A stretch of 64,000 nucleotides of DNA from an uncultured Alphaproteobacteria bacterium (GCA_963726795.1 CAVSDD010000008.1:28668-92667); one strand, 5' to 3'; shown: positions 15,794 to 25,463, counted from the first letter of the stretch. Translations and numbers: made by a program. Notes: generated by a model from the letters alone, not told the origin.

Positions 15794-16735
15794 ATGGAGA
15801 TGCATCAGGTCCGCTATTTCCTGGCATCCGCCCGGCATCTCAATTTCACCAAGGCCGCCGAGGAGTGCAACGTCGCCGGCCCCTCGCTGATCAAGGCGAT
15901 CAAGCTGCTCGAGATGGAATTCGGCGGCCCGCTGTTCAACCGCGAGCGCTCCCATACGCACCTGACCGAGCTCGGACGCATCGCGCTGCCGCACCTGGAG
16001 CAGGTGTTGCAGGAATCGCTCGACGCCAAACGCAAGGCGCACGATTTCCTCCACCTGAAGGAGGCGACGCTCAAGATCGGTATCATGTGCACGATTGCGC
16101 CGAGCCAGTTTGTCGAGCTGATCGCCAGCTTCCGTTCCCGCTATCCCAACGTCGTGCTGCAGATCATCGACGCCAATGCGCGCCAGCTGCAACTGGCGCT
16201 GCTGGCGGGCGACCTCGAGGCGGCGATCTACTGCCTCCCGGGCGAGCCCGAGCATGAGCGCACCCACGTGATGCCGCTGTTCAAGGAGCAGATGGTCATC
16301 GCGGTGTGCCGCAGCCACGTGCTCTCGCGCAAGAAGGTGGTCAAGGGATCGGACCTGAGCGGGGAAGCCTACCTGGACCGGATCAACTGCGAGTTCACCG
16401 GCTACGCCGACCGCCTGTTCTCGGAGCGCTCGATTGACGGGCCGACCGTCTACCAGAGCGAGCGCGACGACTGGATCCTCGCCATGATCGCTGCCGGCAT
16501 GGGCTACGGATTCATACCTCGATCCTCGGCGCTTTACCCCGGCGTCATCTATCGGCCGCTGACCGAGCCCGAGTTCTGGCGCACGGTCAATCTCGTCACG
16601 GTGCGCGGCCGGCGGCACTCGCCCGCGATGGGTGCGCTCGTGCGCGAGGTTGTGCGCACCAAGTGGCAGGGACGCGAAGCGCTCGCCGCAGAGGTCGCAC
16701 GAGCCGGGCTGGACGACGCGCCTAATGACCCTTAG
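15794..16735 (+). CDS. LysR-family transcriptional regulator (LTTR 2, paralog of 6961..7863)
   Basis: ORF 15794..16735. MEMHQVRYFLASARHLNFTKAAEECNVAGPSLIKAIKLLEMEFGGPLF. It shares its first ten residues and the HTH with LTTR 1. Cys is at residue 199 by my count. Confidence 0.85.
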   Translation: MEMHQVRYFLASARHLNFTKAAEECNVAGPSLIKAIKLLEMEFGGPLFNRERSHTHLTELGRIALPHLEQVLQESLDAKRKAHDFLHLKEATLKIGIMCTIAPSQFVELIASFRSRYPNVVLQIIDANARQLQLALLAGDLEAAIYCLPGEPEHERTHVMPLFKEQMVIAVCRSHVLSRKKVVKGSDLSGEAYLDRINCEFTGYADRLFSERSIDGPTVYQSERDDWILAMIAAGMGYGFIPRSSALYPGVIYRPLTEPEFWRTVNLVTVRGRRHSPAMGALVREVVRTKWQGREALAAEVARAGLDDAPNDP

Positions 16736-17015
16736 TGGCTTCCCGTTGCAGGACTTCCAAATATCCGCTCTTCAGAACTTCCAGTTGAAGCGTCCGCGCA
16801 CGCCGTTGTCCTGCACGGAGTTCGCAAGCTGGCCCGCGAACAGGTCAATCAGCTAGAGGCGCTGCCGGACCGCGGCGGGCTCGTCCAGCGACGCCACAGT
16901 CAGGTCTCTAGATCTCGGGGGAGACCTTGGTTTCTAAAACCTTTAACAGTATCGATCGTATGAACTTTTCGACGCCGCCAGCGTTGGGGGCTCAGAGCAG
17001 GGGGACGAGGGGCGC

Positions 17016-17396
17016 ATGTCGTCGGCCAAACTTGCAGGTTTGCGCATTCTTGTTGTCGAGGATGATCCCATCATCGCTCTCGACATTGCGCAGTCGCTCG
17101 TAGTGGAAGGAGCGCTGGTCATCGGGCCGGCGCACACCGTTAAGCAAGCCCTGCAGCTCGTCGACGGTGGAGGTTTTGACGTTGCGGTCCTCGATTACCG
17201 GTTGGAAAACGAGGTTTCGGCGCCCATCGCCGATTGGCTGGACCGCATACCCGTCCCTTACATGTTCTACACGAGCTCGCGCGCAGAACCGCAAAAAGCG
17301 TACCCCAATATAATCATCATCGATAAGCCAACTCAGCGCGATCTGCTTGTCGCGGTCATCAAAGACTTGACAAGAAAGTCGACAAAGACTGGGTAG
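17016..17396 (+). CDS. single-domain response regulator (receiver only)
   Basis: ORF 17016..17396. LRILVVEDDPIIALDI...FDVAVLDYRL...IIIIDKP, the CheY-like acidic pocket, phospho-Asp and conserved Lys pattern. Confidence 0.8.
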   Translation: MSSAKLAGLRILVVEDDPIIALDIAQSLVVEGALVIGPAHTVKQALQLVDGGGFDVAVLDYRLENEVSAPIADWLDRIPVPYMFYTSSRAEPQKAYPNIIIIDKPTQRDLLVAVIKDLTRKSTKTG

Positions 17397-17412
17397 CCAA
17401 CTAGCGCCTGCC

Positions 17413-18654
17413 GTGCGCCAGAGGGCTACCACATTGCCAGACATTCCGGCTCCCGACCCCGATCACGCCGTCGTCGAGTCTTCTCCGGATGGAGACAAAC
17501 CGGAGACGGGCGCCCGTGCACTGGCATTGCGGCTTCGCCAGCAAGAAATCCTCGCGGAACTCGGCGTCGTCTCTCTGCAACGGACACCATTCGGTGAGCT
17601 GCTGGAACGCGCGGTGCATTTCGCCGCCGAGGGGCTCCAGGCCGAATTGTGTAAAATTCTGGAGTACATCCCGGAGGAAAACCGGCTGTTGATGCGCGCG
17701 GGTGTCGGCTGGCGCCCGGGCCTTGTCGACGTTGCAAGCGTGGGTGCCGACGCGGAGTCACCCTCCGGCTACGCTCTGCAGACCGGGAGGCCGGTCATCT
17801 CCAATCATTTGGAGAACGAGGAGCGATTTCGGACACCCGAGCTGCTCAAAGTGCACGGCGTCCGTCGCGCCATTAATGTGATCCTGCAAGGCGATGGCGC
17901 TCCGTTTGGAGTGCTCGAGGTGGACAGTCGCTCGGAAGGGGAATTCGGCGAAAACGACATCGCGTTTCTGCAGGGCGCTGCCAACATCTTGGGCATGGCG
18001 ATCGAGCGCCAGCGTTACGAGCGCAGCCTGCGTGAAGCGCTCGAGCGCCAGAAGATCCTCGTCAACGAAATAAATCATCGGGTCAAGAACAGCCTGCAGC
18101 TCGTCGCCAGCATGTTCAACTTGCAGGCCGCGGCATCCGGCGACGTTCAGCTCACTCAAAGTCTCACCGAAGCGATCGGCAAAGTCACCGCCGTGGCGCG
18201 GGTGCATGAGAGGCTATATCGGTCGGCAAACGTTCTCTCGGTCGATTTAGCCGCCTATCTTGCCGATATCTGCGCCGATCTCGCGGCACTCTCGCCGCAG
18301 TCGACCATTCGCTTCGAGGCTACTGAGCCCGTCTCAATGAGCACGGACAGGTGCGTTCGCATCGCGCTTCTCGTGACTGAGCTGGTCACCAACGCCGCGA
18401 AACACGCGCGGCCTGGCGGCGCCAGCACAATTGATGTGCGACTTTCACGGTCGGGCGCAGACGCGGTGAGCCTTGCTGTGCGCGATGACGGCCGGGGACT
18501 GCCCGCCGGATTTGATATGGGAAAAAGCAAGGGGCTCGGCATGAAGCTCGTCACCGCGTTGGTCAGCCAAACGGGCGGCACCCTGACAGTCCGCGCCGGC
18601 GAGCCTGGCGCACAATTCATCGCTGAATTTCCAATTGAACCTGACACCCCTTAG
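17413..18654 (+). CDS. GAF-domain sensor histidine kinase, HisKA_2/HWE type
   Basis: ORF 17413..18654 (GTG start). GAF-like N-terminal half. H-box NEINHRVKNSLQLVASMFNLQA. ATPase motifs LLVTELVTNAAKHA and DDGRGLP...GLGMKLV. Confidence 0.8.
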   Translation: MRQRATTLPDIPAPDPDHAVVESSPDGDKPETGARALALRLRQQEILAELGVVSLQRTPFGELLERAVHFAAEGLQAELCKILEYIPEENRLLMRAGVGWRPGLVDVASVGADAESPSGYALQTGRPVISNHLENEERFRTPELLKVHGVRRAINVILQGDGAPFGVLEVDSRSEGEFGENDIAFLQGAANILGMAIERQRYERSLREALERQKILVNEINHRVKNSLQLVASMFNLQAAASGDVQLTQSLTEAIGKVTAVARVHERLYRSANVLSVDLAAYLADICADLAALSPQSTIRFEATEPVSMSTDRCVRIALLVTELVTNAAKHARPGGASTIDVRLSRSGADAVSLAVRDDGRGLPAGFDMGKSKGLGMKLVTALVSQTGGTLTVRAGEPGAQFIAEFPIEPDTP

Positions 18655-18847
18655 CCGGCACGTGCGAGGGGCAGGCTGTGCGCCGCGGGCACGTCGCGTT
18701 CTGAAGCAGCTGCCCGGCATCGATGCACAGGCCTTCGTGCTTCTCCGGGCCGGTCGCCGTTTATTATCCAAAATTCCCAACACGATGCCTTGCCGTCTGC
18801 TTCAGGGTAGGGTTGGTGACACCGGGCAATAAACAGCGAGGATCCAA

Positions 18848-20506
18848 ATGGCGAAGGCCGCGCAACCGACCATCGAGACGCGCCATGCTCAGATGTTCTT
18901 TGCGCTCGATCCCGACGAGATTGAACGTGTGCGCCGGTTCGGCACCTGCCGCATCTATGCACCCGGCGAGGCCCTCGCCAACGTGGGGAAGGTTGCGCAA
19001 GGGCTTACGATTATCATCAAGGGGCACGTGGACGTTTTTCAGCGCAGCGCGTCCGGCGATAATCAGCTGATCGTCACGCACGGGCCGGGCTCGTTCATGG
19101 GCGAGTTGGCGCAGCTGTCCGGACGCCCGGCTCTTATCGATGCCATCGCCAAGGACGAGGTGCACGCGCTCATCATTTCGCCGGATCGGTTGCGCGCGCT
19201 GCTGATCGGAGAGGCTGACCTTGGCGAGCGCATCATGCGCGCCTTTATCCTGCGCCGCGTCGGTCTGATCGAGTCGGGCGGCGGCGGGCCCGTGATCGTG
19301 GGCCGAGTCGGCCACGGCGACGTGCTGCGGCTTGAAAATTTCCTGCGGCGCAACGGCAACCCGTATCAGACGCTCGATTCCGAGAACGATCCCGAGGGGC
19401 GTGCCTTGGTCGAGAAGTTCCACGTCGATCCGAGCCTGCTTCCCGTTGTCGTCTGCCCGAGCGGGACGCTTCTCCACAATCCGACTGAGACGGCGCTGGC
19501 CAGATGCATTGGGCTTTTGGGCCCGATCGACGCAAATAAACTCTACGACGTGGTCGTGGTTGGCGCTGGGCCGGCCGGTCTCGCGACAGCCGTCTACGCG
19601 GCATCCGAGGGGCTGTCGGTGCTGGTGCTCGACTGCCGCGCCTTCGGCGGTCAGGCCGGTGCCTCGGCACGCATCGAGAACTACCTCGGCTTCCCGACGG
19701 GGATTAGCGGCATGGCGCTGATGGGCCGCGCTTTCAGCCAGGCCCAGAAGTTCGGGGCCGAGATGGCGATCCCGACGGAGGTATTGGCGGTCGAGCAGGT
19801 GGACGGACCGGGTGATGCGCACTTCATGCTGAAGCTTGCAGACGACGGGCGCGCCATAACCCGGACGGTCATCTGCGCCAACGGCGCGCGCTACCGCCGC
19901 CTCGATGTCGAGGGGCTCGAAGAGTTCGAGGCGTCGAGCGTGCACTATTGGGCGTCCCCGCTCGAGGGCCGGCTGTGCTCGGGCGAGGAGGTCGTGCTCG
20001 TAGGCGCCGGCAACTCCGCGGGGCAGGCCACAGTGTATCTGGCGAGCCAGTCCAAGAAGGTTTGGCTTCTCGTGCGGGGACCAGACATGGCGGCCAGCAT
20101 GTCGCGCTACCTCGTCGACCGGATCAACGGACTGCCCAACGTCGAGGTGTTGACGCAAACCAAGCTCAGCGGCCTTGAAGGCAAGGACGGCATGCTTGAG
20201 GCCGTGCGTTGGCGCGATGCCTCGGGGACGGAAACGCGCCGTGCGATCCGGCACATTTTCTCCTTCATCGGCGTCGATCCCAATACCGACTGGCTCACCA
20301 GCGCGGGAGTGGCACTCGATGCGAAGGGATTCGTAATCACGGGAGCGGATGCCAAGGCCGCCGCCCTGCAGACAAATTTGCCGGGGCTGTTCGCGGTCGG
20401 CGACATCCGTGCCGGATCGATCAAGCGGGTCGCCGCATCGGTCGGCGAGGGTGCTCAGGTCGTCGCCGCGCTGCACTCATACTTCGCCGCGCGGGAGCGC
20501 CTGTAG
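18848..20506 (+). CDS. cyclic-nucleotide-binding domain fused to thioredoxin-reductase-like FAD/NAD(P) oxidoreductase
   Basis: ORF 18848..20506. The N-terminal cNMP-binding fold has GSFMGELAQLSGRPALIDA. YDVVVVGAGPAGLATAVYAASEG is the FAD GxGxxG, VVLVGAGNSAGQA is the NAD(P) site, and GLFAVGDIRAGS is near the C-terminus. Confidence 0.85.
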   Translation: MAKAAQPTIETRHAQMFFALDPDEIERVRRFGTCRIYAPGEALANVGKVAQGLTIIIKGHVDVFQRSASGDNQLIVTHGPGSFMGELAQLSGRPALIDAIAKDEVHALIISPDRLRALLIGEADLGERIMRAFILRRVGLIESGGGGPVIVGRVGHGDVLRLENFLRRNGNPYQTLDSENDPEGRALVEKFHVDPSLLPVVVCPSGTLLHNPTETALARCIGLLGPIDANKLYDVVVVGAGPAGLATAVYAASEGLSVLVLDCRAFGGQAGASARIENYLGFPTGISGMALMGRAFSQAQKFGAEMAIPTEVLAVEQVDGPGDAHFMLKLADDGRAITRTVICANGARYRRLDVEGLEEFEASSVHYWASPLEGRLCSGEEVVLVGAGNSAGQATVYLASQSKKVWLLVRGPDMAASMSRYLVDRINGLPNVEVLTQTKLSGLEGKDGMLEAVRWRDASGTETRRAIRHIFSFIGVDPNTDWLTSAGVALDAKGFVITGADAKAAALQTNLPGLFAVGDIRAGSIKRVAASVGEGAQVVAALHSYFAARERL

Positions 20507-20545
20507 GCGCGGCCGACGCTATGACTGATTAAGAGCGAGTGCGCG

Positions 20546-21271
20546 TTAGTCCACGCGGTCCCAACGCGGCTGCCGGTTGGACGCCTGATGCTGGCTGCGC
20601 TTCTTCTGTCTGTGGACCCGCTGCGGCTTGGGCACGTCGGAAATGTCGATCTTCCCGGCCGCGGAGTCGCTGGTTGCTGCCAGCGGCTCTACAAGCGCCG
20701 CGAAGGTCGACTCGCGCTTCACCTTTTCCCAGACATAGCGATAGCCGGCTTCGGTGAAGTGCTCGCCATCGCGTGAGCGGATCCCGCCGTTGCAAATCTG
20801 GGGATCGCGAAGGCTGACGTATTGGATCTGGGTCGCGGCAAGCCGCGTCGAAAGGTAGGCGTCGAGCTGCTCGTTATTCCTGTCCCAGCTCTTGCGCACG
20901 CAAGGCGGCCCAATCCAGACGAACTTCTCGCCCGTTGCCTCGGCGGCGTTGATGACGCGCTCGATGTCGCCGATCAGGCCCTTATAGGAATCCTCGGCAT
21001 CGTTAAGGCCCAGGCTCATGAGGGCGATGGAGCCCTTCGGCAGGCGCGCAAACTGCGGAATGACCGCGCCGCGGCGCAGATGCTCGCCGGTCCGGGCGGC
21101 GCCGGGCACGCCCACGGTCTTGGAGGTGTCGTCGGCGATGCTGTCGCCCAGGAAAAAGCCCTGCGCGGCCGAAGCGGGATTGGCCAGCAGGATCGCAGCA
21201 ATCGCCACACTTGCGAAAATGGAAGCCTGAAATTTCGCAAAGGCAATACGCGGTACGCGGGTCATCGACAC
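20546..21271 (-). CDS. secreted SGNH/GDSL-family hydrolase
   Basis: ORF 20546..21271. Signal peptide ...LLANPASAAQG. Block I FFLGDSIA, block III LGLNDA, block V DGEHFT. Confidence 0.7.
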   Translation of the reverse strand: MSMTRVPRIAFAKFQASIFASVAIAAILLANPASAAQGFFLGDSIADDTSKTVGVPGAARTGEHLRRGAVIPQFARLPKGSIALMSLGLNDAEDSYKGLIGDIERVINAAEATGEKFVWIGPPCVRKSWDRNNEQLDAYLSTRLAATQIQYVSLRDPQICNGGIRSRDGEHFTEAGYRYVWEKVKRESTFAALVEPLAATSDSAAGKIDISDVPKPQRVHRQKKRSQHQASNRQPRWDRVD

Positions 21272-21500
21272 CTCAAAATTCTCAGCTCTGGTGGGGAAGC
21301 GCTATTTTCGCCAAATCGACCCGCGAACGCCAGGAGCCATAATGTCTCGCCCAGCCCTCGTCTGTAGCGCGGCACGTATGGAAAAGGTGTTACAGATTTA
21401 CCACAAAGCCTGCGGCGCCACGGAGACGGCCGATCTCTAAAGGATGTGCCAATTGATTTGAGGTATTGTCGGTCGTTCACCCTTATTCGGGCGCGGTCGC

Positions 21501-22283
21501 GTGATGCGTCATCCAGTTCTTGCTGCTGCATTAGCCTTGTTCCTCGGCTCGCTGCTGAGCAGCTCTTTCGCAAACGGTGCAGAAGAACAAAAAGCCCCTG
21601 GCTTGGGTTCCGGCCCACCCGGAATGCACACGATCGCCGTCGTCGGCGATTCCTTGGGCGATGGCCTCTGGCAGGGGCTGTGGGTGCTCCTGCACCAGCG
21701 CCACGACATCAAGGTTTTGCGGGGAGCCAAGAGCTCCGTCGGTTTCACCCACACCGATCTCTCCGCGCAGGTCGACCAGGCCGTGAAGCAAGGCAAGATC
21801 GATGCGCTGGTCGTGATGGTCGGAGGCAACGACGATCGCCAGACGTTTTTCCTCGACGGCAAGCCGGCTGCGCTGTTTGGCTCCGAGCAATGGACCAAGC
21901 TCTATCGCGAAAGCGTCAGCCGCTACATGGACTACATCAGCAGCAAGGACGTCCCCGTCGTCTGGGTGCTGCTGCCGATCATGCGCACGAGCGAGGCGAC
22001 GGACGCAGCCAAGCTCGTCAACTCTATCTTCGAGGATGTGGCCAAGAGCCATCCGCGCATCCAGCTCGTCTCCACGTGGGACATGACCGTCGATGCGAAC
22101 GGGGGCTATGCGCCGTACTTCAAGGATCTCCAGGGCACGGTGCGCCTGATGCGAACCTCCGACGGCATGCACTTTACCGATCAGGGCCAGGAGGTTCTGG
22201 CGGATCGGGTGTGGAAGCGCCTCGTTGAGGCCGCGCCGGTGTTTCGTCCCGCAACCGCTGCGGCCGCTGCGGTGAAGCCTTGA
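21501..22283 (+). CDS. periplasmic SGNH hydrolase (DUF459 / SGNH_peri1-like)
   Basis: ORF 21501..22283. Signal peptide. IAVVGDSLGDGLW, VMVGGNDD, SDGMHFTDQG. Confidence 0.75.
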   Translation: MMRHPVLAAALALFLGSLLSSSFANGAEEQKAPGLGSGPPGMHTIAVVGDSLGDGLWQGLWVLLHQRHDIKVLRGAKSSVGFTHTDLSAQVDQAVKQGKIDALVVMVGGNDDRQTFFLDGKPAALFGSEQWTKLYRESVSRYMDYISSKDVPVVWVLLPIMRTSEATDAAKLVNSIFEDVAKSHPRIQLVSTWDMTVDANGGYAPYFKDLQGTVRLMRTSDGMHFTDQGQEVLADRVWKRLVEAAPVFRPATAAAAAVKP

Positions 22284-23617
22284 TCTTGCCACGCGTCGTT
22301 CGTCCTAAACCTGTCGTGGTCTCGATCGCGCTCGCGCTGGCGGCGGCAACGTATCTGACGCCGGCCAATGCAGAGCCCGTGCGCGCCGCCAGTCCAATCG
22401 CGGTTCCCGTTCCCATCCCCGGCACCAATCCCGCGACCGCTCTGGCGTCCTTCCATCAGGCGTTGTCCGAGCTCGAGAACGGATTGCGCAAGCGCGTGAC
22501 CGTGGTGCAGATCGGCGATAGCCACACCGAGGGCGATCGCTTCTCGGGCGCGCTGCGTATCCTGCTGCAGCACCGCTTCGGCAATGCGGGCCGCGGCATG
22601 CTACCGCCCGGAATGCCATTTTCAGATTGGCTCCCGCTCGGGCTCAAGGTCGAGCAGCATGGCGACTGGCGCGTCTCGTCCAGCAACAAGACGAAGTTCG
22701 ACCCCATCCCCTATGGCATGTCGGGTTTCGCAATTCATTCGACGAAGGACGGCAACAGCTTCTCGCTTACAGCGGAGGACGGCGGGGAGTTCGATTGGGT
22801 CGACATCGGATTTTATCGCCAGCCACCGGGCGGCCATCTCGAAGTGCGCGCCGACGGCGAGATGATCGGCGATATTGACACCAGCGGCCCCGGCTACGAG
22901 CTGACGCACCAGCGTCTCAATGCTCCCAAGCGCGCGCGCGCCTTGGAGGTGCGTGCCGCCGGCGATCAGCCCGTCGACGTCGCCAACTGGTCGATCTATC
23001 GAAACGAGCCGGGCGTCGTGCTGACGAGCCACGGCTTCTCCGGCGCGCAGATCTCCATCATGGAGCGCTGGGACTGGCAGACGGTGACCAAGGAGCTGCG
23101 CGCGCTCGATCCTTCGCTCGTACTCATCGCGTTCGGCACCAACGAAGGCTATGCCCCCATGGGCCGGCTCGAGAACTACGCTGAAATCTACGAGAATCGT
23201 CTGCGGGCCTTGCAGCGGGCGCTGCCGCGCGCGTCCGTCGTGGCAATCGGGGCGCCCGACGCAAATGAGCTGCCGAAATATTGCAAGGTTGATCGCTCGC
23301 ACACGCCGTGCCGCGAGCTCGACGAGGATGAATCGGCCCACTACGACGAGCTGATGCGCAAGGAAGATACGCGGCTGTGCCGTTGGCACACGCCGGCGCA
23401 CATCGCTTATGTGCGCGATCTCCAGCGCCGGATCACCTCGAAGCTCGGCATCCTGTTCTGGGACTGGGCGAGCGTGGAGGGCGGCAGGTGCGGTGCCTCG
23501 CGCTGGGCCGAGAAGGGCCTCGTGTATCCCGACCGCGTGCACCTCAAGAAGGACGGCGCGGCCATGTCGGCGGACCAACTCTTTAGTGTGCTCATGCAGG
23601 GCTACGACGGCAGCTAA
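22280..23617 (+). CDS. periplasmic SGNH-like hydrolase/acyltransferase (SGNH_peri2-like)
   Basis: ORF 22280..23617. The TTG start overlaps the previous stop (TTGA). VVQIGDSHTEGD, IAFGTNEG, PDRVHLKKDG. Confidence 0.65.
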   Translation: MILPRVVRPKPVVVSIALALAAATYLTPANAEPVRAASPIAVPVPIPGTNPATALASFHQALSELENGLRKRVTVVQIGDSHTEGDRFSGALRILLQHRFGNAGRGMLPPGMPFSDWLPLGLKVEQHGDWRVSSSNKTKFDPIPYGMSGFAIHSTKDGNSFSLTAEDGGEFDWVDIGFYRQPPGGHLEVRADGEMIGDIDTSGPGYELTHQRLNAPKRARALEVRAAGDQPVDVANWSIYRNEPGVVLTSHGFSGAQISIMERWDWQTVTKELRALDPSLVLIAFGTNEGYAPMGRLENYAEIYENRLRALQRALPRASVVAIGAPDANELPKYCKVDRSHTPCRELDEDESAHYDELMRKEDTRLCRWHTPAHIAYVRDLQRRITSKLGILFWDWASVEGGRCGASRWAEKGLVYPDRVHLKKDGAAMSADQLFSVLMQGYDGS

Positions 23618-23629
23618 GGCACGTGGCCC

Positions 23630-25066
23630 ATGATCTTCCCGACCCTCGACTTCCTGCTGTTCTTTCTCGTCGTCTGGGTCGTCTCCTGGGGGCTTCTCGC
23701 CGCCGGTCGCCACCAGCTGCACAAGATAGCCATCGTCGCCGCCAGCTATTTCTTCTACGCGTGCTGGAGCTGGCGGTTGACGTTCCTTTTGGCGTTCAAC
23801 GTGCTGCTGAACTGGAGCGTCGGGCGCTTCATCGGATCGACCGACAATGCGCGCTGGCGCAAGCTCGCCGTCACGATCGGCGTCGGCGCCAATCTCGCGG
23901 TGCTCGGCTTCTTCAAGTACTACGGCTGGTTTGCCGGTGAGCTCGGCGAGCTGCTGACGACGATGCACGTCGAGCGCGAGCTGCCGCTGCTCGAGATCAT
24001 CCTGCCGGTCGGCATCTCGTTCTTCACCTTCCAGGGCATTTCCTACGTCGTCGACGTGTACCGGGGCGACCTCGATCGTCCACGCGGGTTGCTCGATGTC
24101 GGATTCTTCCTTTCCTTCTTCCCGCATCTGGTGGCCGGGCCGATCGTGCGCGCCTCAGCGTTCCTGCCGCAGCTCGAGCGGCCGCCCAACCCCAACCGCG
24201 TCTTCGTTTCCCTGGGCGTGATGCTGATCGTGTGGGGCGTGTTCAAGAAGGCCGTGATCGCCAACTGGCTCGCGGTCGGCCTCGTCGATCCGGCGTTCCG
24301 CGACCCGAGCGGATACGGTGCTCTCGATCTTGGCGCCGCGATCTATGGATACGCGGTGCAGATCTATTGCGACTTTAGCGCCTACAGCGACATTGCCATC
24401 GGTGCCGCAGCGCTGCTCGGCTATCGCTTTCAGCGCAACTTCAATCAGCCCTATCGCGCAGCGAGCATCGCCGATTTCTGGCGCCGCTGGCACATCTCGC
24501 TGTCGACGTGGCTGCGCGACTATCTCTTCATCCCGCTCGGCGGCAGCCGGGGCGGTAAATGGAAGACCTACCGCAACCTGCTGCTCACCATGCTGCTCGG
24601 CGGCATCTGGCACGGCGCCGCCTGGAGCTTTGCGCTTTGGGGAACGCTGCATGGCGCCATGCTGAGCATCGAGCGCTTCTTCCTTGGGCTGTTCGGGTTG
24701 AGCCCGGTCGAAGGTGTGCGCGATTGGCATCCTGTGATGCGCCTCCTGGGCATCCTCCTTACGTTCCACCTCGTCTGTTTGTGCTGGGTCTTGTTCCGCG
24801 CCGCCGACCTCGAGCGCGCGGGGCAGATGATCATGGGACTGGCGCAATGGCAGCAGCCCGTGCAGCTGCTGACGCCGTTCCTGTTTGCGATGATCGCGAT
24901 CGGCATGGGCGTGCAGTTCACGCCGCCCGACATGATCGAGCGTCTCGATCGCCTCTACCATCGCACGCCCGTTGCCGTCGTCGGCGTGCTGGCGGGGCTG
25001 TCGCTGTTGCTGATCGACGCGGTCGGAGGCGATGCCTCCGCGCCATTCATCTATTTCCAGTTCTAG
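23630..25066 (+). CDS. MBOAT-family membrane O-acyltransferase (AlgI/PatA/DltB-like)
   Basis: ORF 23630..25066. Multi-TM. ISFFTFQGISYVVDVYRG, FWRRWHISLSTWLRDYLFIPLGGSR, GGIWHGAAW (conserved His). Confidence 0.9.
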   Translation: MIFPTLDFLLFFLVVWVVSWGLLAAGRHQLHKIAIVAASYFFYACWSWRLTFLLAFNVLLNWSVGRFIGSTDNARWRKLAVTIGVGANLAVLGFFKYYGWFAGELGELLTTMHVERELPLLEIILPVGISFFTFQGISYVVDVYRGDLDRPRGLLDVGFFLSFFPHLVAGPIVRASAFLPQLERPPNPNRVFVSLGVMLIVWGVFKKAVIANWLAVGLVDPAFRDPSGYGALDLGAAIYGYAVQIYCDFSAYSDIAIGAAALLGYRFQRNFNQPYRAASIADFWRRWHISLSTWLRDYLFIPLGGSRGGKWKTYRNLLLTMLLGGIWHGAAWSFALWGTLHGAMLSIERFFLGLFGLSPVEGVRDWHPVMRLLGILLTFHLVCLCWVLFRAADLERAGQMIMGLAQWQQPVQLLTPFLFAMIAIGMGVQFTPPDMIERLDRLYHRTPVAVVGVLAGLSLLLIDAVGGDASAPFIYFQF

Positions 25067-25074
25067 GGGGCATT

Positions 25075-25365
25075 GTGCAAAAGCAAAAGGAAGTCCAGCC
25101 GCTTGGCACCGAGGATCTCGAGGCCGGTTTGCGGCCGTCGCACGCGCGCGAGTTCGCGGTGATCGCCGCGATCGCGGTCAGCATCATGCTGGTGTTCAAC
25201 TCGGGCGGTCTCGTGCGCTGGACACAGCGCCTGCCCTCCTCGGAGACGAGCCTGTGGATTGCCACCCGCGCTTTCGAGTGGAACGAGCTGATGGAGCGGG
25301 CCGGGACAGCGCAGCTCATGGAAGGCTTGCGCGCGTTCTGCCGCCGCTACACGCCTGAGCCTTAA
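25075..25365 (+). CDS. small single-TM protein downstream of the MBOAT gene
   Basis: Tail of ORF 24559..25365, in frame from GTG 25075: VQKQKEVQPLG...EFAVIAAIAVSIMLVFNSGGLVRWTQRLP... It is tightly packed after the MBOAT stop. Coding status is inferred from position and its TM segment only. Confidence 0.45.
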   Translation: MQKQKEVQPLGTEDLEAGLRPSHAREFAVIAAIAVSIMLVFNSGGLVRWTQRLPSSETSLWIATRAFEWNELMERAGTAQLMEGLRAFCRRYTPEP

Positions 25366-25463
25366 AACCCGAAGGAGCTTCGGCCTTCCGTGTGTGGTTG
25401 CAACTTGACCGCAAGCCTGAAGCGCCACGATCATCCTCGCGGCAAGGACAGAAGGACTTCGCA

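Noticed and set aside
15005-16618. 537-aa ORF on the minus strand.
   Set aside because: It is antisense to the metzincin and LTTR 2 genes. Its composition is Arg/Ala/Gly/His-rich with no recognisable motifs, which is the typical GC-driven shadow ORF.
18764-20476. 570-aa ORF on the minus strand.
   Set aside because: It is antisense to the cNMP-binding/thioredoxin-reductase gene, which has clear FAD/NAD motifs. The shadow ORF is low-complexity Arg/Gly/Ala.
22622-24127. 501-aa ORF on the minus strand.
   Set aside because: It is antisense to the SGNH_peri2-like and MBOAT genes. It has no motifs and an Arg/Glu/Ala-rich composition.
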